From contig NW_008246099.1 of the NCBI RefSeq assembly GCF_000281045.1, positions 306,372 through 370,371 of the forward strand: a DNA stretch of 64,000 nucleotides. Reading direction: 5' to 3'. Shown here one piece after another: positions 24,640 through 35,782 of the stretch (positions are counted from its first letter, which is position 1; every line of letters begins with the position of its first letter). The translations under genes were made by a program, and so were the position numbers. This DNA comes from Saprolegnia diclina VS20 (lineage: Eukaryota). The notes under the pieces were generated by a model, which was given only the letters and a program-made list of their open reading frames with translations, had not been told where the DNA came from and searched no databases.

Positions 24640-26553
24640 ATGCGCTCGTTCCTCTGGTTGGCGCTAGCGTGCGCAGCGGTCGCCGTCGCTGGCGACCGCA
24701 AAGCCAAGACCTTTCTCTTGCCAGAGACCGCGCGCTTCCACCTCGGGCCGCTGCTCCAGGCCTTTGATACGCTCGGCATCACCGAATACGACAGCGAGGA
24801 CGCCGACTCGTGGCGCGCCGCCAAACACACGGACGACATCGACTTGATCTGGAGCTACGAGTATGTGCAGCTGGGCGCGATCGGGCCGCTCAAGCGCCGG
24901 CACAAGGTGAACCACCTCCCCGGCAGCTTTGTGCTCGTCTCGAAAGGCCACGTGTACGAGACGCAGCTGCGGCTGCAAGCCGAGCACAGCAAGTTCGACT
25001 TCAACTTTATTCCAGCACAATATCGACTGCCGCAAGACGTCGACGAGTTCTCGGCGGCGTTCCGCGCCCGGCGCGACGACCCGCTTGTCGCGACCAAGCC
25101 GGACGACGCGCTGTACAACCGCCGGTGGCTCTTAAAGAGCCAGGCGCACCGCGGCGTGCGCTTCTTCAGCGGCATGGAGGAGCTTGGCGAGCACATGCAC
25201 ACGAACGACATGGTCGCGCAGTGCATTGAGCCGCTGCTCATCTCGGGCCACAAGTTTGACATTGGTCTCTACGTGGCAGTGACGTCGATCGACCCGCTGC
25301 GCATTTACATCTACCACAATGCACTCTTGCGCATGTGCAAGCTCCCGTACCCCGTCTCGCTCGACAACGCCGCCGACCTCGAGTCGTACGTCGTCGACGA
25401 GTACCTCCCGCCCTGGGAAATGCCCGCGCTGCGCGACTTTTACAGTGAGCTGCCTTCGAAAACGAGCGAAGGCACAAGCCACTTTGGCGTGCTCAAAAAG
25501 CACCTCGAGACGATTGGCTTAGACGCTGACCGGTTTGAGCGCGAGATCTACGGCGACGTCGTCAAGATCATTGCTGGTAACCGCGCCCACTTCCTCGACG
25601 CGGAGCGCACGTACCGTCGCCAGCACCGCCAAGCTCAAGACAACGTCGGGAGCAACTTTTTTGAAATGTACCGGTTTGACTTTATGGTCGAAGACAACGG
25701 CAAGCCATGGCTCATGGAGGTCAACCAGTCGCCCAACCTCGCGCCCAAGTACTTTGCGTCCGGCACGGACGCTGCGATGAAGGAGGGAATTGTACACGAT
25801 CTCTTGCACATGGTCGGCGTCCAGTCACCAAGCGACAGAAATAGTCCGCCACAGGTATCGAACCTCCGACCGACGGTGCACTCTAAACATATTGGGTGAA
25901 TCTAGCTCGACGCAGCCCGTTGTGCCGAGCAGTGCAAGGACAAGGCGTCGCAGTTCTGGGATATAAACTGCTGGCGCTGCGAGAAATGGCTGAGTAAGCA
26001 CGCGGCGCAGACGCTGTTTGAAGCGGCGACCGAGCACGCGCGCCGCGGCAAGTTCAACCTCGTGTACCCAGCGAACTCGGCGTACGACGAGTTTGTCGCG
26101 GGCGGCTTGAGTGCCCACGACAAGAATTTTGCCGCGTACTTGCGGTCATTTTCAAACCACGCTGCGAAAGAGCCGAGCGAGCTGCTGGACGCGCCCTTCT
26201 GCTCACGCCGCAACGACTGCAGCAAGCACGGGGACTGCGTCAACGGCGCTTGCGTCTGCGACGTGGGCTACGAAGGCAAGACGTGCTACATCTCGACGGG
26301 TCGCAAGCAGCGCGAGGAAGCCGCGGCTAGAAAGGCCGAAAAGGAGGCCGCGCAAGCGGATGAGGAGGCCGCGCGTCCAAAGGCGCCAGCAGGGGAGCTG
26401 CTACCCCCCGGCAATCTCCGCGACGCGCAGGACGCGCCCATGTACCCCCGGAGCATGGTCGTCTTCCTCTTTGGCGCTGTCTTCACGTTGACGGGCGCGT
26501 TTGCGTATGCCAACCGCAAGTACCTGCATAAGACGCCGACCAAAAGCAGCTAG
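24640..26553 (+). CDS. TTL-family (TTLL15-like) ATP-grasp ligase with signal peptide, EGF-like domain and C-terminal TM; intron 25855-25905
   Basis: Signal-like MRSFLWLALACAAVAVAG; KVNHLPGS; WLLKSQAHRGV; KFDIGLYVAVTSIDPLRIY; FEMYRFDFMVEDNGKPWLMEVNQSPNL; EGF CSKHGDCVNGACVCDVGYEGKTC; TM MVVFLFGAVFTLTGAFAYA. Confidence 0.88.
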
Positions 26554-26678
26554 ATTACGTGATCGTTGATACATTTCAGTTTGTACCAGCTCCGTGTCCA
26601 GTCACGTCGTGTGCGTCTAGGTCTGGTGACCAAGCAAAGGGTGCAAGTAGGTGTATATAACTTAGTCGCTAAATGACT

Positions 26679-27798
26679 TCACGTCGAGCAGCACGGGTCG
26701 ATGTTGCCCGACATTTCGGCTTGCTCCGTGTCTTTAAAGAGGTAAAAGCCGGCGCCGAGACCGAGGATCGCGGCGACAAAGAGACCTGTCTCGTACAACA
26801 TTGCGACGAGCATGAGGAGGTACCCGAGCGTCAGCGCTAACATGTAGAGCACGCTCAAAACGATCTCGCACCAGAGCGGTAATCGAACTGGCGGGGTCGA
26901 TGGTCGCTATAGGTCCAGTGTAGTCTACCGTCCCTTGTGTCAAAACTACCTTGGACGTTGGAAGGCTAGGCGTGGCTTGACGGCAGGCCTCGTACGCTGC
27001 ATAGTGATGCAGCATACGCTATTGCAACATGGTCAAAGCTTGTCGTCGACGACGAGAACGCCACCTTCTCCACATCTTCGCGGAATTCGCCGAGCCACTC
27101 GACAAGAATGCCAATCAACACGACAAGGGCAAAACCGAGCGCGTACTTGAGCTCGCTCGAGAGAACCCATGTCGGCAGAAACAACTTGGGGCAGGACGAG
27201 CCGACGAAGGACTGGAAGCCGTCAAACATGACGGTCGAGTGTTCGCAGAGCGGCGTCTCACGCGTGCTGGGCGCTTTGACGGTGTAGTACGCCGACTAGA
27301 CACGAATAATAGATGAGGTACGATGGGGTTGGTGGCGCACCGGCTGCGCCTTGATGAGTTTGGCATGGGCTTCCGAGCAAGCAAAGAGCTTTTGGTTGCC
27401 TTGGTACCCCCACGACATGGAGACGTGCACGTGTGGGCTGCCGCAGACTGGGCACGCGACGCCGGCGCTCGCGTAGGGTTCGGGCAAGTGATGGGGGTCA
27501 ACGACCTCAGGTGACCGCAGGATAGACTCCTAGGCATGTCATCTGTATGGCCTGACAGAGCAAGAAGATATGGTACGGGGAGTGTGCGAAGGAGGTCCAT
27601 GTGCCCAGCCATCTCGCAGCCGTAAATGGCTTGGTTGCCCTCCCACGTCTGGTTGAGTTCGGGAATGACCACCATATTGCAGAGGGGACAATACGTCTCT
27701 TCGAGCACTTGGTGCGCAGTGCAGAATGAAGTCACCACACAGACTAAGAGCAATACGACCCCATAGCTGGCAAGTCGCTCGGCCATGGCGACAGACAT
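26679..27798 (-). CDS. Ctr-family copper transporter with two N-terminal YHS/TRASH-like domains; four introns
   Basis: Spliced: hydrophobic leader, CPLCNM...GNQAIYGC, CPVCGS...GNQKLFACSEAHAKLIKAQPSAYY, MFDGF, LFLPTW, TM1, then LYMLALTLGYLLMLVAMLYETGLFVAAILGLGAGFYLF (MxxxM and GxxxG), ending DPCCST*. Confidence 0.85.
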
Positions 27799-28612
27799 TG
27801 TGTCAATAGCCCTTGCGACGCGACGACAACTTTGCCTCTCTACACTTGTATCCGGATAACGCAATTGCTGACGGGTCGGCTGTCCACTTCAACAATTGCG
27901 GCTCGTCCACGGTGGGTTCAACTATTGCTGGTGGAGCGACCAGGCGCCTGAGCTCTTGGGTGCCACGAGCGCCCCGACATGGCGACAATTTCGCGCACAC
28001 CGAGGGTTGTGATAGCTGGTCGCGACGCTATCTTATAGCAAGGGTCGGTAAGATCTGATTGACCCGGTCACGGTCACGAGACGCGGTCGAGTTGTTGCGC
28101 GTCGGATCATGGTAAATGTAATCAGCAGTTCCTTGAGAATTGCTTCAAATTGTCAACACTTTTTCAACGTTGTGATGTGATCAAGGTCGAAGCGCCACGA
28201 ATTCAGTCTCCTTCCATGGATGAAGTCGGCGAAATAAATAAATTCAACGGGCTTATGCTGGCAACGAGGACCTTGTCCAACTAATACCTTGCACTCGATG
28301 GATGTCTGCAGCATTTGTCGATGTTGTTGTCGATTGACGAGGTACACGGTTTCAGACAAGAGAAACGTGGGAGCAGCAAAAGGAAACTCGGGTTTGAGTG
28401 AATTCTTAGTCGCTCTTGGGTCTACGTCGGCTCTAACCAGTCGATCGCAGCGAAATTCGAAATGGCCGGCTGCTGGACGCCTCTTCTAGTTGCCTTTTGG
28501 TACCTCATTTTATGCGCAACTGATTACACGCGGGTTTCTCGCCATCCGATTGGCTAAAATTATTCCGAGTCTATGCACCGGAAACCTCCCGGGCGATCAT
28601 TCGAAGGTTCGC

Positions 28613-30021
28613 ATGCAGCAAGCAAGAGCAGTCGTCGCCATCGTGCTCGCGCTGGCCGCGCTGGCCATGGGCCACATGCATGACATGGGCGACATGCATG
28701 GCATGGACCACATGCCCATGGGCAACGGCAAGCACTGCCCCATCTGCAACATGAACGCCGAGGACGCCTGGTACATCGAGATGAAGCACGGCCAGCGACT
28801 CTTCACGTGCTCGATGACGACCGGCGACAACTTTGCAGCGGGCATCCACGCCTTCTCGCACCCTGCGCTTCTCGGCGCTGCCATGGTACGTGCCTGCTCT
28901 GTGCATTGCGCGAGCTCATTGTATGCCAGAGCGACTACGTGGCAACCGACGTGACGCAGTGCGCGCCGGGCTGCGCCGACTGCAGCAACAACACGACGCT
29001 GCTGGATCCTGTCTCGGGCGCAACCATCACCAGCGACAATGCGCGCTTTCTCTGCTTTGCCCGCGGCCAGAAGCTGTACTTTGCCTCGGAGACGACCAAG
29101 TCGGCGTTCGCCGCGGCGCTTCCATCGCAGCCTGTACGTCTTTCACCTCTACCTCTGTGCGCTCATAACAGTCTAGTACTTTGGTGTGCAAAGCGTCATG
29201 TGCGGCGGGCGCACCTGCCCGGACGCGTTCCAGGTACCAGCGCAAGTCGTGGCCGACGCGCCCTTTTGCACGGGCGCGTCCGTCATGCTCTCGGGATTTC
29301 AATCGACGGTTCATGGCACGTGCGTCAAGCTCTTCTTCCAGTCGTGGGTGCTCGACACGCCGTTCAAGTACGCGCTGGCCTTCACAGGCATCTTCCTCCT
29401 CCCGCTCGGGAACGAATACCTCGTCCAAACCCGCGAGTCAATTCGCATGGCCTTTGTCAAGGCCCGTAGCAGGTAGCCTCTCGTATACAGTCGAGTGTTG
29501 CGCTAGGTATGAACGCTGCTGTTGGTAGCCGCTACAACAGTCTCGGCAAGCGGAGCCGAAAACTCATTTTGACGCTGCTCTACATGGTGCAGATGACCTT
29601 GGCGTACTTTGCGATGCTCGTCGTCATGATCTACGACACGGGCCTCTTCTTTGCTTTGATTCTCGGCTTTGGCGTCGGCTTTGCACTCTTCAAAAGTGAA
29701 AAGACGCTCAGCGGCAAGTCGTCCGGTATGGTACCGGCTGCGTGGCGCTTCGACGACACGGACTCGCTCACAGTGCTCTCGATCGGGGGCATGATGTGCA
29801 TGCAAAACTGCGGCAACACGGTCCAGAACGCGCTCGAGCTCGTGCCCGGCGTGCACCGCGTCTTTATCGGCTTTAACGAAAAGTGTGCGTATGTTTCGGG
29901 CACGGCGACGACCAAGGCGCTCTGCAGTGCGATCGAGGACTGCGGGTTCGAGGTCAACGTCGTGCGCCCGCCCAAAGCCGAGACCCCGTCGGGCTACGGC
30001 GCCGCCTTCCACCTGGCCTAA
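28613..30021 (+). CDS. Ctr-family copper transporter with Met/His-rich N-terminus, YHS-like domains and C-terminal HMA domain; three introns
   Basis: Signal-like leader; MGHMHDMGDMHGMDHMPMG; CPICNM...GQRLFTC; DPVSG...GQKLYFAS; LFFQSW; LAYFAMLVVMIYDTGLFFALILGFGVG; HMA-like LSIGGMMCMQNCGNTVQNALELVPGV...AIEDCGFE. Confidence 0.9.
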
Positions 30022-30357
30022 CCCTCTTGTTTTCTTTTTTAACTGCTATAACTACTTGCACCGGTACGAGCTCGCGACTTGCAAAGGCCAAGCTGGCTTC
30101 AAGATGGCGTTTTCGGTTCACTGGGCGGCGCCCGAATATGCGACTTGTGGTGTCTTCTTGGAGCGCAACCTGCAAAGCTTTGTCGTTGCCGTCGTTCAAT
30201 GTTGCTGCTGGATGGTATATTGTTGGACAAACGAGGGAGAGTAGCGCTTGGCACAGGCGTTGCGCAGCTTATTTCACTGCTCGTTGGAGACCTCTGGTGG
30301 CGTTTAGCCTTGGCTGATCATGCGTCAGGTGACTCAGGACAGCTCGCGTAGCTCCAA

Positions 30358-31164
30358 CTACCGGTACAACATCGAGCGCTTGGCCAACGGGTGACGGCGA
30401 GAAGGTTTCTGCGAGGACATCGGTAGCATGACGTTGCTCACTGTTGCGTCAAAATTGTCGCTCTTGACCATGGGCTCGACAACGACCTTGATGTCGGTGA
30501 TCTGGTGCGCAAGGCGCTGCTCTTGCTGCTGCATCGCAAGAATCTGGTCGTTCGTCTCGGCCGTAGACGTGCGTAGATTGCCCGTAGGAGCCCTGCTGGG
30601 CGTCTTTGTCGAGTCGATGATCATCACGCTGCGTCTTGTCGAGGTGCGCGGTACGGCGTGGATGTACCATGCCGGACGTTGTCTCGTTGAACGGCTTGGA
30701 GGCGGCGCGGTGCAGAAGCGTGTGCACGACCTTCTTCAGACGGGCTTGGTCAAGTTGGGCGTCGCCGGTTAGCGCTGCCGTCTCGTCATCGTCGTCCTGG
30801 GAAGTAAACTTAGTGGGCTGGCTACGCAAGCCAAGAATGATCTGGGTAGTGACGCCCCACTCGCAAACGTGGTGCGTCTAAGCGCGTCCACGCTGGCGAC
30901 CCAAGCGTCTGCGATCAGCGGCGCAATCGTGAGCGCTGTGCACGCGACGTAGGCTTCGGTCGCCGCGTAGCCAAGGGTGGTACGGTCGGAGGGCGGGTCA
31001 ATACGCAGCCGTCCGAGGACGTCAGACGTTGGCCAGCAGCTGACGGCCGCAGGAGACGCCTTGTTGTCCTTGTTGCTCAGCAGGTGGAATGCACAACTCG
31101 CGATCAACGCGCGAGCTCGTCCACATGGACAGTGACGAGACTTCCAAAATTGAAACATCGCCAT
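30358..31164 (-). CDS. Hypothetical spliced protein
   Basis: Three short coding-like ORF pieces separated by GT-AG-like intervals, with a coiled-coil-like QILAMQQQEQRLAHQITDIK. No family recognised. Confidence 0.3.
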
Positions 31165-31941
31165 CTTGAAATTACCCTCACGCAGTCAGTTCTTGTCGTT
31201 CCACGTGCCATGCTATAGCGCAAACACTCCTCCAACGCATTCACTCTTACACACCTCGACAAATGGCGCCACCAGACGATCTTCATGGTACCGAGGACTG
31301 CGCGACCAGCGTGGAATTAGATTTTTGGGGCTTGACGAACGATCGACGAGGGTGTGTCGTTCGGCACTGGCGTCCTCATCGAGGACTTCATATTTCTGGC
31401 AGTTGACGGACCAGAACCGCAACCTCCGAGCAAGCAAACGGGGCCATAGTTGCCGAGATAACAAGATTGCATGGGAGCACATGCCTGCTTTTGCTCGCAA
31501 GCGTGGCCTCGCGCTCTGGTGCGCAGCACAAAGGACCTCGATCGTAGTTGCCATCATCGCTCTGCCGCATTGACTGGCGTTGGGCGCGTCGAGAGCCTTG
31601 GTGGAATGAATGGCTCTCGTCATCAGGCATCTCTTGTATACATTGGTCTCGTGTGGCCAAGGGCCGTCGTGCTGGCAGGTCGTCGTCTGTGGTGCTTGGG
31701 TGTCGATCGACGGGGCCATTCGCTACAGTCCTAAATAGGACTTGTGTCCTACATCGACGCACCGTTTTGTCCGAAATGAAAATGGGGAACGGCTATTTTT
31801 TTTCGCGAGATCGGATACACTGGCGTAATGTATGCAATTAAATAAAAAACACTTTGGCGCGCGCAAGATACGCGAGTTTGCACATTCACATGGATGGCAA
31901 CTTCAAGCGCTCAGATCTCATAGGAACAACAACATACTACG

Positions 31942-34900
31942 ATGTTTGGGTTCACGTCGCCGTCGGCGTCAATTGCGATGCCTTGGCCATCGTCGATTGA
32001 CGCGCTGCCGCCGCTGGACCTCGCCTCGCCCGCCCTCGACCACACGCTCGGCGTGCGCAACGTCTACAAGTTTGGCGGCACCTCGGTGGGGTCGCCGGAC
32101 CGCTTGTTCCAGCTCGTGTCATTGGTCAAGGCCGAGCGCCGTCGCGTGATCGCGGTCGTGGTGTCGGCCATGGCCAAGAACACCGACTTGCTGCTCGACG
32201 CCGCCGCGCTTGCGGCGGCTGGCAACATTGACGACGCGCTCCTTCTCATCGACCGCGTCCAAGCCATCACGGTGCAGAACGCCAACGAGACGCAGACGCG
32301 CATCTTGGGCGACGGTCACGCTTCGTTTGTCGACATGACGGACGAAATCACCGCGTTCCACGTTCCTCTGCGACAGCTTTTGCTGGGCATGAGCCTCTTG
32401 CGCGAGAAGACGCAAGCGGCGCTCGACACGATCTTGTCGTTTGGCGAGCGCATCTCAGCCACGATCGTTGCGGTATGTTCTCTAGTTGATGGATACAGAG
32501 CATGAATACATGTCTGCTAGCGACTGCTGACGGCGAACGGTGTCCCCGCCGTCTTTGTCGATGCTCGGACGTGGGTGACCACTGACGCCACCTTTGGCAG
32601 CGCGGCCGTCGACTTTGAGACGTCCAAGACCAAGCTGGTCGCGCTCGCAGCGACGTGGGGCGACCGTCTTCCCGTCATTACGGGCTTTATCGGACAGTCC
32701 ACCTGCGGGCGCACGACGACACTCGGTCGGAACGGCTCGGACTACACGGCGACGATCATTGGCGCGTCGCTGCAGGTATCATCCACACAAGGGTATCCTT
32801 GAAGTGTTGCTACTGGTGTCATGACTAGGCCGACTATGTGGTCATCAACACGGACATTTCTGGTGTCATGACGGCGGACCCTCGCATCGTGCAGAGCGCA
32901 ACGTCCGTCGGTCACTTGAGCCACCACGAGGCCCTCGAGCTCGCAATTTACGGCACGCGCATGTTTCACACGCGCACGATGCTGCCGCTCATCAAATCTG
33001 GTTGCGATATTCTGAAAATCTGAAAATCTGAAAATCTGAAATCTGAAAATCCAACGCGTGTAGGTGTCACGATGCTCATTCGCAACACGATGGACCCGCA
33101 AGGCGGCGGCACGTACATTAGCGGTCTCTCAACCATCGACAAGGCGGTCACATGCACCACGTCGCTCGAAAACCTCTCGCTCATCGAGGTCGCCATCGAT
33201 CCTGCAGCTTGGTTTCTTGACCGTACAACTAGGTGCGGACGCGTATCCTCCAAGAAGGTGACCGGTCTGAGCTGGGCTACACCAACGTCGGCGCCCGCGT
33301 CGTGCAGTGTCTCGAGCAGCACCGTGTGAGCATTTGGCTCTCGATCCGCGCCGCCCACGGCCAATCGATTTCGATTGTTGTGCCGGCTTCGCAGGAGGAC
33401 CTCTCGCGACGCGCAATTGCCGACGAACTCAAACTCGAGCTCGAGCGCAACGAAGTCGACGCGCTCAACGTCGAAAGCCCCGTCACCATGCTCTCGATCG
33501 TCGGTGAAAAGCTCAACAAGGCGTCGACGAACGGCGCCAAAATGTTCTCGGCCCTCGCTTCGGTATCTTGGAGGGCTAGGGTTGCAGATTATATATGTTT
33601 GTACCATTAGGCCGGCATTGATGTGCTGGCGGTCGGCCAAGGCACGAGTTCGCGGTCGCTGAGCTGCATCATCCAAGGTGCGCAGACCAAGGTACCTCTT
33701 TCTATATACAAACGTCAGGTTGCAGGCGTGTGTGTAGCTGGCCGTACGGCGGGTGCACGACGCATTCAACGTTTCCACGATGGCCGTGAGCATCGTCTTG
33801 CTCGGCTGCAACCGCATCTCGCTCGCCGTGCTCGACAAGCTCGAGGAGCAAGCCGAGACGTACCGCCAGCGCCACAATGTTGCGTTCCACATCGTCGGCT
33901 TTGGCTCGCGCTGCGCCGGCTTCCAGTTCAACGCAAAAGGCCTCGCGACTGCCGACATTCGCGCGACGATCGGGTCGTGCATGACGCCGCCGTTGCTTGG
34001 TAGTGCGCCATCCTACCACCACAGCCCCGGCGCGGCGACGCATGCGCTGCCGTCCGCGGCCGACTTGGCGGCATTGCATGTACGTAACACTCCCATGACG
34101 CTGTATTTCAATGAGTGAAATGTAGGACCTTTCGTGTCCGATTCTGGTCGACTGCTCGGGCTGGTCCGACAACGGCGAGCTCTACGCCCAGTGCCTTGCC
34201 AACGAGATCCACGTTGTCGTGTCCAACTCGGTCTCGGCCAACGCGCTGCCAGCGACAACGTCGCTCAACATTGCGTCGCCCAAGCGCCTGAACTCGAGCC
34301 CGTGCTTCTTTTTGTACAATGCGGCGCTCGGTGCGAGCTTGCCGGTGCTCGATACGCTCGCGAATCTGCTCCAAACCGGCGACCAGCTGCGGCGGGTCGA
34401 CGCCGCGCTCAGCGGCTGCCTCGGGTACATTGCCGACCAGGTACAACCAGTGTTTGGAATCCAGTGTCTTTTATGGCATGTAGGTCATGCAAGGTGATGC
34501 CTTGTCGACGGCCGTCCAGAGCGCATGGGATAAGGGCTACATGGAGGCGAATCCGCTTGTGGATCTCAGTGGCGCCGATATGCAACACAAAATCAAGCTA
34601 TTTGCTCGCGCACTGGGTGTGCAGGTCGACCTGGACCACATTGCGGTACGCTGTTTTCAAATACAGGAACCGTACACTGGATATGGGTACTAGGTGACGC
34701 CGTTTGTACCCGCCGAGATTCTGGAGCAAGTGCGATGGGAGCAAAACACAGTCGAGATTGGCCGCCTCATCTCGGTGCTGCAGACGTACGATGCGGCGTT
34801 TGCAGCCACGTACGTCGACCCCGCGCGCCGCGACGGTTGTCTCAACCGCTGTAATATCCAGAGTTTTCTGACGACACGTGTAGACAAGCGCGTGCGCTAC

Positions 34901-35191
34901 GTGGCGGCGGTCGAGCTCGATGCGCTCGGGACCGTGCGTGCGTCCGTGGAGCCGCAGGTCGTCGACGAAGCGCATCCAGCGTTCCGAACTCAAAAAGACG
35001 AAATCTCGGTTGGCTTTACGACCGTCGAATACAGCGTACGTCGTACTCGATTTCAAAACACTGTTTGTGCTAATCTCCAATAGTACCGGCCGCTGACGCT
35101 GACGGGCAGTGGCACGGGCGGCAGCGCGAGTGCGACGGGTGTCGTGCGCGACATTCTCACCATCGCCAAGCATTTGCAAGGCAACGCGTAG
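31942..35191 (+). CDS. Bifunctional aspartokinase / homoserine dehydrogenase-like protein; multi-exon
   Basis: AK domain: YKFGGTSVG, VVSAM, SFGERIS, TTLGRNGSDYTA, TDISGVMTADPRIV, plus two ACT-like segments. HSDH-like domain: LVDCSG, GASLPV, LSG, GYMEANPLVDLSG, PLTLTGSGTGGSASATGVVRDI. Confidence 0.9.
33011..33051. repeat. Intronic 8-mer tandem repeat (TCTGAAAA) about x5 in AK-HSDH intron 33001-33063
   Basis: Seen directly: tctgaaaa tctgaaaa tctgaaaa tctgaaa tctgaaaa. Confidence 0.9.
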
Positions 35192-35782
35192 GAGCCGCTT
35201 CGAACCCTGTAGCCGGCCACATTTCGAGAATCCTTTCTTGCGCATGTTTCGTCATAACTTGGCCTGTAATGAGCCAAGATTCTCTCGTGATGCTAAGAGC
35301 ATTTGCTACGAGTTGGCCATTTCTCCGATTGCGGAGCTCTGATACGCAAATCGATACGACCGAGTGTCACTTGCGACGATAGGCATGCGCACCTTGCTGC
35401 TTGCCGACGCAATATGTCCAATATGTCTGAGAGGGTGTGGACCGCATGAACCACGCTTCCTGCGCAACTTACAGCAGCTGGTCGAGCACGCCTTCATGAC
35501 CGCCAGAGCCACCTTCGGCTGCGTGCAGAAGCAGCCGTTAACACTGCGATAGCGTATAGAGAGGACAAACCTACTTGGTACATTGGGATCTGCTTGGCGT
35601 GGTCTGGTCGAATCTGAATTCTTCTCGATGTTGTGGGCTTGGGCTTGGGACTGGCACTAAGATCTAAGGCATCTCTCGCGCTTTGTAGCCTTCTTCAACA
35701 CTGTGCTTGCCCACGTCGACGTCTCTCGAAAAACCAAATAAGAACTCCAAGCTCGTCGTGCATTACTACACCACAGCACCTT

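Noticed and set aside
26679..27798. Apparent frameshifted Ctr pseudogene in the ORF track
   Set aside because: Four GT-AG introns restore one continuous frame with intact MxxxM and GxxxG motifs.
27800..28610. Copper-response elements in the Ctr intergenic region, including the CGGTCA repeat near 28065-28090
   Set aside because: No exact yeast-type TTTGCTC element was seen, and the short repeats could be chance without comparative data.
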